From an uncultured Ignavibacteriaceae bacterium (GTDB lineage Bacteria; Bacteroidota; Ignavibacteria; UBA10030; BY39): DNA of 64,000 nucleotides. Shown here piece after piece: positions 29,129 to 38,819 of the stretch. The DNA is taken from NCBI GenBank assembly GCA_964581995.1, contig CAZOQB010000003.1, forward strand, positions 41,989 to 105,988. Direction: 5' to 3'. The number at the start of each line of letters is the position of its first letter. The stretch's first letter is position 1. Position numbers and translations under genes: made by a program. The notes below the pieces were generated by a model. The model ran no database searches and was not told the origin of the DNA. It saw only the letters and a program-made list of their open reading frames with translations.

Positions 29129-30058
29129 ATGCAAACAATTTTGGGAGCAAACGGAACAATTGGCTCTGTATTAGCAAAGGAGTTAACGGCTTACACAAAT
29201 CAAATAAGATTAGTCAGTCGCAATCCAAAGAAAGTAAATGAAACAGACGAATTGTTCCCAGCCGATTTGTCGGATGCAAGTCAGGTAGAAAAAGCTATTG
29301 TGGGTTCTGAAGTTGTATATCTATTAGTGGGATTTGATTACAACATAAAAGTATGGCGAGATAACTGGCCCAAACTCATGCGTGCCACAATAGACGCTTG
29401 TATTAAGCACAAAGCGAAATTAGTATTTTTTGATAATGTCTATATGTATGATATTAATGCTATCCCGCACATGACTGATAATTCATTCATAAACCCGCCA
29501 AGTAAAAAGGGGGCAGTTAGAAAAGAAATTGCCGACATGCTTTTAAATGAAGTAAAATCCGGGAAATTGACTGCACTAATTGCCCGCTCTGCTGATTTTT
29601 ATGGTCCTAATAACGATAAAAGTTTCTTAATTGAAGTGGTTTACAAAAATATAAAAAAAGGCAAGAAGCCCAATTGGTTCATTGATGCAAATAAAAAACA
29701 TTCCTTTACTTATACACCCGATGCAGCCAAAGCTACCGCACTATTGGGAAACACTGTTGACGCATACAACCAAGTGTGGCATTTACCCACCGATAAAAAC
29801 ACCTTAACAGGTAAAGAAATGATAGCATTGTTTGCCAAAGAAATGAATGTAGAAAACAAGGTTTCTATATTGCCGATGTGGTTATTGAAAATACTCGGTC
29901 TCTTCATTCCAATAATGAAAGAGATGCCTGAGATGATGTATCAATACGATAGGGATTATTATTTTGACTCAAGCAAATTTGATAAACGATTTAACTTTAA
30001 AGCTACAACTTATCAGGAGGGTGTAAAACTGACAGTTGAGCAAACAAAAAATAAATGA
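29129..30058 (+). CDS. NAD(P)-binding SDR/NmrA-like epimerase-dehydratase family protein
   Basis: N-terminal GANGTIGS Rossmann motif. 309 aa. Confidence 0.8.
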   Translation: MQTILGANGTIGSVLAKELTAYTNQIRLVSRNPKKVNETDELFPADLSDASQVEKAIVGSEVVYLLVGFDYNIKVWRDNWPKLMRATIDACIKHKAKLVFFDNVYMYDINAIPHMTDNSFINPPSKKGAVRKEIADMLLNEVKSGKLTALIARSADFYGPNNDKSFLIEVVYKNIKKGKKPNWFIDANKKHSFTYTPDAAKATALLGNTVDAYNQVWHLPTDKNTLTGKEMIALFAKEMNVENKVSILPMWLLKILGLFIPIMKEMPEMMYQYDRDYYFDSSKFDKRFNFKATTYQEGVKLTVEQTKNK

Positions 30059-30596
30059 TGGAAGCAGATCAACCACGAATACATATTGGCAGTGGTTCAG
30101 TGGATAATTAAATATTCTATCGTGTGTCTTCTAACAAGTGCCTCATACAAAAGGCATCTTCCGAAGGAATCACTTTGTGACCTTCGGGACTAAAATTAGG
30201 AGGGGGGACGTTTGCCTCCATGTCTATAAGAGTAGAGAAGTCGACTATCGAGTCGCAGACTCGTAGAGGGGATGAGTCCGAAACAAGTTTGCACTTGATT
30301 TGAGCTTTTTATAATATTTGCAGTGTATATTTTATGAATGCAAGCGATTGTATCACCGAGAAGTGTATCATAAATTGGAACATAATTTTAGTCATCAACT
30401 CGCTTGATAATATCCTATAGTGATGTGAATGATAACCCGTTGAAAGAATATAAAATACAATGAAAACAAAAAAACATACTAAATCTAACACACACGCTGC
30501 CTGCGTGTTAGACGGATTATATGGCAGTATAATTAATAGTTCGGCGGCAGAGCATATGTCGGCATTTGAAACGATAATTTGATAAGGAAATATACT

Positions 30597-31475
30597 ATGA
30601 AAAAAGTATCCAGTATTCCTATTATTTTGTCCATCTTGATTGCAACATTGGCAATAATCGTTGCTGGATTAGGGGTCTTTTGGCAAGGCGGAGGACAAAA
30701 ATCTGAATTTCTCACTCTGCGTGGTGAAACAGTAACGATACAAGGACATGGACTGTATCAACATGAAACGCTCTCTACCGCGGCGCAGGCAATAGCCCAA
30801 GATGTCGTTACTCTGCTGGTGGGGATTCCGCTATTAGTTATATCCATGATTTTGTTCAAAAAAGGAAGTTTGCAGGGTAAGTTGCTTCTATCGGGAACAT
30901 TAGCATATTTTCTATATACGTATGCGTCTTTTGCTTTTGGTGCGGCATACAACATCTTGTTTCTGGTATATGTGAGTTTATTCTCGCTTAGCCTATTCGC
31001 TTTCATCTTTGCGCTCATGGAAATAGATATTCCAACTTTGCCAAAGCATTTTTCGTCAGGTTTGCCTCATCGCACAATCGCTATATTCTTATTCGTTGTG
31101 GGGAGTTTCTTGTTATTAGCCTGGTTGGGGCGCATCGTACCAGCACTATTAGCAAATCAGCCGCCACTTGGATTGGACGCGTACACAACCCTAATTATTC
31201 AAGCATTAGATTTAGGGTTGGTTATGCCAATAGCCTTTCTGTCAGGTATCTTGCTCTGGAAGAAAAGCGCATGGGGCTATCTGCTTTCTTCAATTGTTCT
31301 AATTAAGGGAGTCACTTTAGCACTTGCAGTATCAGCAATGGCGGTAAACATGATTTTAGCGGGAGTGCAAGTCAGCACTGGTGAGTTAATAATGTTTCCA
31401 TTCATTGCCATAGTTAGCGGCGGGTTGACAGTTATACTTCTGAGAAATGTTACTGAGTTAGGAGACAAGAATTGA
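30597..31475 (+). CDS. Polytopic membrane protein, hypothetical
   Basis: Eight or more hydrophobic helices. Start taken at MKKVSS. Confidence 0.5.
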   Translation: MKKVSSIPIILSILIATLAIIVAGLGVFWQGGGQKSEFLTLRGETVTIQGHGLYQHETLSTAAQAIAQDVVTLLVGIPLLVISMILFKKGSLQGKLLLSGTLAYFLYTYASFAFGAAYNILFLVYVSLFSLSLFAFIFALMEIDIPTLPKHFSSGLPHRTIAIFLFVVGSFLLLAWLGRIVPALLANQPPLGLDAYTTLIIQALDLGLVMPIAFLSGILLWKKSAWGYLLSSIVLIKGVTLALAVSAMAVNMILAGVQVSTGELIMFPFIAIVSGGLTVILLRNVTELGDKN

Positions 31476-31792
31476 GAAGCAGAAGAGCCGCCGAACAAAG
31501 CGTGCACATGACTGGGGGAGTCGGCGCGATTTATGAGCATTTTCTACACTTTTACAGTTTCCTGCTTCCGAGCCTTTTCCTACTCCCGCCCGCTAGCAGG
31601 TAACGCTCACCGTTAGGTAACTATGCAAAGGCATTCCAAATGAACGAAACATTTCCATTCGGCAGACCAATTATTCCTGTAGAACAAAGAGACAGAAATG
31701 AGGTTGAACGAACTTCAGTTCGTTAAATATATTACAAAAACGAAATAAATTTCGTTCTACATTTCCACCCCTTGTTCAAAAAAATGTTTATT

Positions 31793-31880
31793 CCTTATAA
31801 ATCCCTACCACCACTCTCCCATTCTCATCAATAAAAAAACCCATCCTGGTTTTTTCATCAGAATGGGTTTTGATTTTTTT
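31793..31880 (-). terminator. ~85-bp terminator-associated repeat element, copy A
   Basis: Hairpin cccattctgatga..caggatggg followed by a T-run on the minus strand, directly 3' of the oxidase subunit I gene. About 80% identical to 49196..49280. Confidence 0.6.
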
Positions 31881-31889
31881 TTGGAGAAA

Positions 31890-33518
31890 TTACTTAGTCG
31901 ATGGAATCAAGTCCTTCGTTTTCAATTTCGATGGGGAAAAGATTCCTATTACTCCGTTCAATCCCACTGTCATAACTATATTATAGAAAAACGCGATGAA
32001 GGCAATCAGCAATAATGAGCCGGAAAGAGCCGCAAGTATCATATAGCTGTTGAACTCACCCTCGAAATACAAGGTACGTCTCAACATTCCCTGCAATCCT
32101 GCCATTCCCATGAAAGCGCCCATTCCAATTCCTCCGATCAGGTGCGCCCAGAAATGGAAACTTGCCAATTTATCGCTGTACAACTTTGCGCCGTTCGTGA
32201 GAATCGGTAACAACAGATAGATCGCGGAATATAATGTCATTGTCAGTCCTACTAATATTGCAACATGCACGTGCGGACCGACGATCCATTGCGTGTTATG
32301 GAGAATTCTATTCAAGCCCAAATCTGCCTGCATAATTCCGGCTGGAACTGCCAGAGCAAATCCCAATAATCCGCCGAGCAGGAATTTTAACGGGTGAGTC
32401 ATCTTGAGTGGTCTCGCACTCCAGAGAGTAACGAGCGTTATGAAAAATGCCAGACCTTGTGTAATAAGTTCGAAGGCGGTTACCATTTCACCCGAAACAA
32501 TTTTTAGAATTCCCGGCTGTGCCTGATCGGACATCAGATGATGCGACCATACTGTCCACGAGACAACCATCTCAATAAATAATGCGGCACGGGCAACATT
32601 CTCCATGAAAAGTTTTTTCCCCGTAATCATCGTCGCTAATAAATACCAGGTTCCGGCAACAAATATTAATACTAATCCATCGGCAATGAGGTCGAGTCCC
32701 CACCAAAACCAATTCTTGTATAACAACGCATCAACCGCAGAGTGTTTTAAACTGACTCCAAATAACTCCGCTACCATGTAAACAAGAATCAATACACCTG
32801 TAAAAATGATGATGCCCGCATTGAGGGCTGTGTCAACTGTGCCTCTTGCAATGGCGGCAACCGGTAAAGAAACTAAATGTTCTTTTTTCTTTTTTGAAAA
32901 TAGATTTTTCAATCCGGTTAAACCAAGCGCCGATTTCATCAATGCGCCGCCATTCTGTTTTTCCCATCCTTCAGGCGTATAGGTGATCGTCTTGAAAATA
33001 TTAATGACGAAAAATGTGGTGCCCACCATTACTATGGCAATACCGAAGATGAAGAAGGTTCCACCAACAACGCTGAACTGAGTAAAGTCTGCCGGCAGGG
33101 GCCAGTACAGTGTGTAGAGAGGACTGTAATGCGAAACAAATCCGGAGAACCAGAAAATAAAAGTTCCCACAGCAATTAACCATAATGTCCAATTGCCGAG
33201 TTTGATACTCCATAATGGTTTTTTCATAAGAAACGGAACGAGGAATAAGAACGCTCCGAAAACTATGGAGTAGGTCGAGCCAAAAATTCCGACTAACGGA
33301 TGTGCGGTTAGGATGGCAAAGAACTGTTCGTTTGAAACGAGCGGAAAAGGAGCGACCTCGTACAAACGCATGATCATTCCTTCGACAACAGCCAATCCGT
33401 AATAAAGCAAGCCCACAACGACGAATCGTAATGCAAGCTTCTGCATCGGCGTCAGGGTGTTCGGCTTAAATAAACCCTGCTCACCGTGTGTAAGTGTTTT
33501 TATAAAGCTCATATTCAT
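31890..33518 (-). CDS. Heme-copper oxidase superfamily subunit I-like protein (putative NO reductase or atypical oxidase)
   Basis: 542 aa, 12+ TM helices, His pairs at WSHHLM and GPHVHVAIL consistent with CuB and heme ligands. No CuA-bearing partner. Next to an Rrf2 regulator. Confidence 0.65.
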   Translation of the reverse strand: MNMSFIKTLTHGEQGLFKPNTLTPMQKLALRFVVVGLLYYGLAVVEGMIMRLYEVAPFPLVSNEQFFAILTAHPLVGIFGSTYSIVFGAFLFLVPFLMKKPLWSIKLGNWTLWLIAVGTFIFWFSGFVSHYSPLYTLYWPLPADFTQFSVVGGTFFIFGIAIVMVGTTFFVINIFKTITYTPEGWEKQNGGALMKSALGLTGLKNLFSKKKKEHLVSLPVAAIARGTVDTALNAGIIIFTGVLILVYMVAELFGVSLKHSAVDALLYKNWFWWGLDLIADGLVLIFVAGTWYLLATMITGKKLFMENVARAALFIEMVVSWTVWSHHLMSDQAQPGILKIVSGEMVTAFELITQGLAFFITLVTLWSARPLKMTHPLKFLLGGLLGFALAVPAGIMQADLGLNRILHNTQWIVGPHVHVAILVGLTMTLYSAIYLLLPILTNGAKLYSDKLASFHFWAHLIGGIGMGAFMGMAGLQGMLRRTLYFEGEFNSYMILAALSGSLLLIAFIAFFYNIVMTVGLNGVIGIFSPSKLKTKDLIPSTK

Positions 33519-33539
33519 TCTCCTTGTGTTTATGGAAAT

Positions 33540-34088
33540 TTAATCGGTTACTTCGACGGCGTCACGGACGATCATGTTAATTCCTTTCCATCCGGAATAT
33601 TCGGTCGAGCGAATTGAATAAACACCCGCACGGTCGAATTGCCAGAGGATATCGTTATTGTGTCCGGGAATTACCTGCATTTGGAAAACCATCGAATTAT
33701 CTTTTCGAAACAATCCGAAGCCGTATGTTAGATCATTTGAAGTTACATTGAATCTCACCTTTTCATTTGTTTTGATCATCAGTTTTTCCGAAGGAAGCGA
33801 GAACTGGTGATCTGCAACCGTGATGTTGAATTCCCGATCCGCTATAATCTCGGCGCGATTTAAATCCATCGGCTTCCATGGTATAGTTTCATGCGTAACG
33901 ATGTGTAACGAAACACCGATGACGACAAGTAATCCGACGAATGAATAAAAAAGAGCCGGTTTAATTTGATTGGTACCTCTGTCTCTTGTGACCTTATATG
34001 CAAACCAGCCCATCGTTGCCATAATCGCAAGGACATAGAACGTGTAGGCGATTGTTTGCCCGGTAAGCACTGTGTTTGAATCTATCAT
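33540..34088 (-). CDS. Heme-copper oxidase subunit II-like (cupredoxin-fold) protein lacking CuA cysteines
   Basis: Two N-terminal TM helices plus a beta-rich domain (SNDLTYGFGL..MQVIPGHNN) resembling the subunit II fold. No Cys residues in the CuA position. Start placed at MIDSN. Confidence 0.5.
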   Translation of the reverse strand: MIDSNTVLTGQTIAYTFYVLAIMATMGWFAYKVTRDRGTNQIKPALFYSFVGLLVVIGVSLHIVTHETIPWKPMDLNRAEIIADREFNITVADHQFSLPSEKLMIKTNEKVRFNVTSNDLTYGFGLFRKDNSMVFQMQVIPGHNNDILWQFDRAGVYSIRSTEYSGWKGINMIVRDAVEVTD

Positions 34089-34109
34089 AGTAGCGCCCTT
34101 TATATTGGT

Positions 34110-34119
34110 TATACGTATA
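34110..34119. promoter_or_regulatory. Perfect palindrome TATACGTATA in the promoter region of the oxidase genes (candidate Rrf2 operator)
   Basis: Seen directly between the Rrf2 stop and the subunit II start, followed by a ctacc-acaa-ggtag hairpin. Confidence 0.3.
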
Positions 34120-34159
34120 TATCCTACCACAAGGTAGCATTTAAAAATAAAAAAAACAA

Positions 34160-34564
34160 TTACTTCATTTTCTTTTTCAAGTCGGTTAATTTTGTTGATG
34201 AGAGAACATTTATCAGATTCATCTGCGAATCTGCCCAGACATCGTGCATAGCACAGGGATTTTCTAATACACATTCACCGAATCCGAAAAAACATGTGGG
34301 TGCGGTGGGGAATCCTTCCACAGCTTTAATAATATCGGAGAGATAAATTTTATCCGCTTTTTTTGCGAACTTATATCCGCCATATTTCCCGCGCTCACTT
34401 TTGATTAAGCCATTTTTCGATAGAACAGTTAATAACCATTGCAAATATTTTTTCGGAATTTTAAGCTGCTTATGGATATAGTCGGAAGAGTATTTTTCTT
34501 TTTCTTCCACAGCCATGAAAGTAAGTATCCGCAGAGCGTATTCCGTCGTTTTTGAGAATGTCAT
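34160..34564 (-). CDS. Rrf2-family transcriptional regulator with a three-Cys cluster-binding motif (IscR/NsrR-like)
   Basis: N-terminal wHTH (TEYALRIL..). Motif C-x6-C-x5-C (TCFFGFGECVLENPC). Confidence 0.8.
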   Translation of the reverse strand: MTFSKTTEYALRILTFMAVEEKEKYSSDYIHKQLKIPKKYLQWLLTVLSKNGLIKSERGKYGGYKFAKKADKIYLSDIIKAVEGFPTAPTCFFGFGECVLENPCAMHDVWADSQMNLINVLSSTKLTDLKKKMK

Positions 34565-34671
34565 CGGTTTATAATCATTGTTTTAAAAATATAACAAATA
34601 TTCTTATTCAACACCAAAAATAATCGTGTATTCAATTAACTATTTAAGACATTTGAAAAATTAGCAGTCAT

Positions 34672-34828
34672 ATTAATGTAAAGGTTTTTTCGCCATCCAC
34701 GCTAACCAAACGATGACCGACCAAATTATTGAGCGCAAACCCATAGCATGTACGCTGTGCAATGCAACAACGCCACCCAAAATATGCATTATGCTAACGA
34801 GAGCCAATACAATCAGGTGCATTGCCAA
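34672..34828 (-). pseudogene. Remnant (C-terminal ~50 codons plus 15 nt of 3' UTR) of a paralog of the 51279..51668 membrane-protein gene
   Basis: About 95% nucleotide identity to 51293..51450. No upstream portion of the gene is present. Confidence 0.7.
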
Positions 34829-35159
34829 TTATGTGAATCATTGAACTTTCTTTCCGTGATATGGCATGAAACTAACAATATCCCACAAATCAAGAGAGTT
34901 TAAAGGGCTTTCCATATCTGTGTTGCATACTAATAATTTAAGCTCGTTGTGTATTTGCTTTTATCCACATTCTTCTGTATTTTTCCCAATCCAAATTGTT
35001 ATCAAGTTAGGTTATTGAGTTTACTACTCCTATGGATGATCTTAAAGCTTAGCTACAAGAGCGATTTGTGGAAGAACTCTAACCATAGATGAGATATATG
35101 TTAAACCTAACGTCGGATTTCCACATCGCTATGATGAAAAGTTAAATTAACTTATTGTA

Positions 35160-36263
35160 ATGAGTCGTATAGAAGTAAATATTAACCCAAGCGTGTTACA
35201 ATGGGCAAGAGAAGAAGCCGGTTACGATCCTTCTGAAATTGCCGCAAAAGTAGAAGTCCCTACGGAAAAATACAATACGTGGGAGCAGAAGGGTGAAAAA
35301 GTGCCTCTTGGGAAATTAAAAAATATTGCCAATTATTATAAAAGGCAATTAGCTGTGTTTTTCCTCCCTGAAGTCCCAAAGAAAATCGTCAAGCCGAAAG
35401 ATTTTCGGAATGTCATAACTGCAAAGAGTAAACTCTCCAAAAAAGTTCTTTTAGTAATGCGCGATGTTACATATTTTCGTCAAACCGCACTTGAAATAAA
35501 AGGAGAAGGATACTGGAAAGATCGCTACAGTTGGATAGCTGAAGTTGACGCCAACAATAAAAAATCCGATGTGATTGCAGGATGGCTTCGTGAGAAATTA
35601 AATATCAGCGTTGAAGAGCAGCTCCGCTGGAAAACATCCAATGAGGCGTATCGTACGTGGAGAAGTGCGGTAGAAAACCAATTGGGAATTTTGATTTTCC
35701 AATTTCCGATGCCACTAAAAGAAGTGCAGGGTTTTTGTTTTACCGATGCGTATCCTTACTCAATCATTGTTAATTCCAATCATTCTTATACTGGTCGTAT
35801 CTTTACAATCTTTCACGAATTGGCTCATATCATAAACCATAATTCCGGCATTTGTTTGTGGGATGATGTTATGGAAAACCAAAATGAAGAATGGGAATGC
35901 AATTCGATTGCAGGAAATTTTCTTGTTCCAAAGAATATACTTCAATCCACAGACGATCTTAAAGAAATTCAGACATACGCCAACAAGTTTAAAATTAGTC
36001 CGGAAGCATATCTGCGTAGATTAAAAGAAGAAAAGGCAATCAGTTCCGTAAAATTCTTTACACTGCTGGATCAAATAAAAGCATCGTATCCCGCAATTCC
36101 ACCTAAGAAAATAATAATTAAGCCTGAAGTGAAAAGCAGGGCGAGCAGAGGAGAGACATTTTACACTCTTGTATTAGATGCTCTGAATCAAAATAGAATA
36201 TCTTATACACAAGCATCCGGAATGCTCGATCTGAATATCAGCCGGGTAATGCGTGAAGCATAG
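35160..36263 (+). CDS. HTH (XRE-like) + ImmA/IrrE-family zinc metallopeptidase
   Basis: N-terminal HTH-like region. HEXXH motif (FHELAHIINH). 367 aa. Confidence 0.75.
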   Translation: MSRIEVNINPSVLQWAREEAGYDPSEIAAKVEVPTEKYNTWEQKGEKVPLGKLKNIANYYKRQLAVFFLPEVPKKIVKPKDFRNVITAKSKLSKKVLLVMRDVTYFRQTALEIKGEGYWKDRYSWIAEVDANNKKSDVIAGWLREKLNISVEEQLRWKTSNEAYRTWRSAVENQLGILIFQFPMPLKEVQGFCFTDAYPYSIIVNSNHSYTGRIFTIFHELAHIINHNSGICLWDDVMENQNEEWECNSIAGNFLVPKNILQSTDDLKEIQTYANKFKISPEAYLRRLKEEKAISSVKFFTLLDQIKASYPAIPPKKIIIKPEVKSRASRGETFYTLVLDALNQNRISYTQASGMLDLNISRVMREA

Positions 36264-36777
36264 CTCGCAAAATATCTATTGCCTTGATACGAGCGCTTTA
36301 GTAACTATGCACCGATACTATCCTATACGAATCCTGCCTGATTTATGGAACAATCTTGAAGAATTATTTAAGAAACGCCGGGTACGTTCCCACGAATTTG
36401 TGTACGATGAAATAGTTCCGTCAACCGGAACAAAAGATGATTTAGCAAAACTTGTTTCGAAGCATAAAGTCTGTTTCCAAGCAATCACAAAAAAACAAGC
36501 GCAAGTTGTACCTGAAATTCTTTCTCTCTTTCCACATCTAATTGATCCGAGAAGCAAGAAAGATCAAGCTGATCCCTGGATTATTGCGATGGTTGTTGAA
36601 TTAATGGAAGAGACAAGTCTATTCGGGAAGGAATCTGAATTTGTTGTTGTCAGCACCGAGAGTGAATCGAGTCCAAATAAAATTCCCGCTGTTTGCAAGC
36701 ATTACAACGTAAGGCATATGAATCTTTTTGAATTTTATGAAGATAATGGATGGAGTTTTTCATTATCAATAAAATGA
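36253..36777 (+). CDS. DUF4411-family (PIN-like) protein, partner of the ImmA/IrrE gene
   Basis: 174 aa. N-terminal YCLDTSALV (PIN-like Asp). Overlaps the upstream gene by 11 nt. Confidence 0.6.
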   Translation: MKHSSQNIYCLDTSALVTMHRYYPIRILPDLWNNLEELFKKRRVRSHEFVYDEIVPSTGTKDDLAKLVSKHKVCFQAITKKQAQVVPEILSLFPHLIDPRSKKDQADPWIIAMVVELMEETSLFGKESEFVVVSTESESSPNKIPAVCKHYNVRHMNLFEFYEDNGWSFSLSIK

Positions 36778-36918
36778 GCTGCTATCTGCGGACTTGTTGG
36801 ATGTACGTTAAGTTGATTCTCTCAAAAGACTTTCGTAACTTTACCCACTATAAAAGCGGGTAAACAGAAATATTAGCTGAAATGGAAGAATACTATCGTT
36901 TACAATTGGGATTATAAC

Positions 36919-37641
36919 ATGGCAGTTAACTCATCCATAGAATGGACCGAATCTACGTGGAACCCGGTTACCGGTTGCAACAAGATAAGTCCGGGATGCA
37001 AGCATTGTTATGCAGAACGGATGGCGCATCGCTTGCAGCGAATGGGACAGGCGAACTATGCTAACGGGTTCAAGCTGACGATGCATGAACACGTTGTAGA
37101 ACTTCCGCTCCATTGGAAGAAGCCGCAAACGATCTTTGTGAATTCGATGAGCGATTTGTTCCACGAAAATGTTCCGCTTGAATTCATCCGGAAAGTTTTT
37201 GATGTGATGCGACGCGCTCACTGGCATCGTTTTCAAATCCTAACGAAACGCTCGGAGCGACTGCGAGAACTAAGTTCACTGCTTACGTGGACGCCAAATA
37301 TCTGGATGGGTGTCAGCGTAGAGAATCAAGAGTACACGCACCGCATAGACGATCTAAGAGCGACAGGTGCACAGGTGAAGTTTCTTTCGCTTGAGCCGCT
37401 GATGGGTCCTCTCCGCAAACTGAACCTTAAAAAGATCGATTGGGTGATTGTTGGCGGCGAATCGGGTCCGCACGCGCGACCGATGGATGAAACGTGGGTG
37501 CTCGATATACGTGACCAATGTGATAGTGCTAATGTCCCGTTCTTCTTTAAGCAATGGGGTGGTACGAACAAGAAGAAAGCCGGCAGATTGCTCGAAGGTA
37601 AGACGTGGGATGAGATGCCGAGATTGAGGAAGGCGGGATAA
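36919..37641 (+). CDS. Phage protein Gp37/Gp68 family (DUF5131)
   Basis: N-terminal [30 protein letters not shown] is highly characteristic of this family. It contains a Cx6Cx2C motif. Confidence 0.8.
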   Translation: MAVNSSIEWTESTWNPVTGCNKISPGCKHCYAERMAHRLQRMGQANYANGFKLTMHEHVVELPLHWKKPQTIFVNSMSDLFHENVPLEFIRKVFDVMRRAHWHRFQILTKRSERLRELSSLLTWTPNIWMGVSVENQEYTHRIDDLRATGAQVKFLSLEPLMGPLRKLNLKKIDWVIVGGESGPHARPMDETWVLDIRDQCDSANVPFFFKQWGGTNKKKAGRLLEGKTWDEMPRLRKAG

Positions 37642-37691
37642 AGCAATGAGATTATTATCACTATTAAATAATTAGATAGAAAGGTATTCTT

Positions 37692-38816
37692 ATGCATATA
37701 CGAAATAATGTAATCACACTCCTCTTGGTTCTGTTTATCGCCGGATGCAGTAAGTATGACAAAGAAACTATTAAAGTTGGAAGAATACTTCCACTAACTG
37801 GTCCCGCAGCATCTTATGGACAAAGCGAACAGAAAGGTACGGCACTTGCCTTAGATGAAATAAACACCAAGGGTGGAATTGATAATAAAAAACTTGAAAT
37901 CATTTTTGAGGATGATAAGTGCGATGTTAAAGAAGGTGTGAATGCGATGAAGAAGCTTGTAGAGGTTGATAAGGTACCCGCAGTTCTTGGTGCGACTTGT
38001 AGTGGTGTAACTCTTGCTATATCACCGATTGCAAATGAAAAGCAAGTACTTTTACTTTCCCCTCTCTCTTCGCTTGCCGAAATAACCAACGCAGGTCCTT
38101 TTGTTTTCAGGGTGATGCCTTCCGATGCATTCCAAAGCAGAATATTAGCTGAGTGGGTTTATTCAGAGGGGTACACAAAAATTGCTATGCTTTCGATAAA
38201 CAATGCTTGGGGAAAGGGGGTCTCAGATGAATTTCAGAAATATTACAGTCAACTTGGAGGTGTTATTACAATAACTGAAATGTGCAAAGAGGGAGACAGA
38301 GATTTTCGTATCCAATTGGGCAAAATTAAAGAATCAAAACCGACTGCAATCTTTTGTCCGTCGATGCCCAAGGAGGGTGGGCTTATTTTAAAACAATTAA
38401 AAGAACTCGGAATAAAAGTGCCCATCTACGGTGCAGATGCATGGAGTGTAAAAGAACTACTAGATGAAGCAGGAAATGCAGCAGAAGGTGTGATGTACAC
38501 TTACCCAGCTCAGTTTACTGGTGCAGAGTATCAAGAATTCGCTACTTCATTCAAGAAAAAATACAGTCAAGATCCAGATGTCAATGCCGCAGGTGCATAT
38601 GACGCCCTTAAAATTTTATCCGTGTGTATTAAAAACGTTCTGGACCAAAAACTTCCTTTAACGGGCGGCAACCTAAAGATCGAAATGTCCAAGATAAAGG
38701 ATTTCAAGGGTGCAACAGGGACAACAACATTTGATGAGAATGGTGACTCAATCGCAAAGACTTTCGAAAAGATGATAATTCGAAATGGAAGTAGAGTTAA
38801 GTATGAAAAACAATAG
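37692..38816 (+). CDS. ABC transporter substrate-binding lipoprotein, LivK-like (Peripla_BP_6 family)
   Basis: Lipobox (LFIAGCS). Type-I periplasmic binding fold with branched-chain amino-acid binding-protein-like motifs. Confidence 0.8.
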   Translation: MHIRNNVITLLLVLFIAGCSKYDKETIKVGRILPLTGPAASYGQSEQKGTALALDEINTKGGIDNKKLEIIFEDDKCDVKEGVNAMKKLVEVDKVPAVLGATCSGVTLAISPIANEKQVLLLSPLSSLAEITNAGPFVFRVMPSDAFQSRILAEWVYSEGYTKIAMLSINNAWGKGVSDEFQKYYSQLGGVITITEMCKEGDRDFRIQLGKIKESKPTAIFCPSMPKEGGLILKQLKELGIKVPIYGADAWSVKELLDEAGNAAEGVMYTYPAQFTGAEYQEFATSFKKKYSQDPDVNAAGAYDALKILSVCIKNVLDQKLPLTGGNLKIEMSKIKDFKGATGTTTFDENGDSIAKTFEKMIIRNGSRVKYEKQ

Positions 38817-38819
38817 GAA

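Noticed and set aside
30100-30300. Structured segment (cttccgaagg..ccttcggg; gtcgactatcgagtcgcagactcg) downstream of the SDR gene, considered as riboswitch or group II intron fragment
   Set aside because: The hairpins are short and I see no recognisable conserved riboswitch or intron domain V motifs. Left as unexplained intergenic structure.
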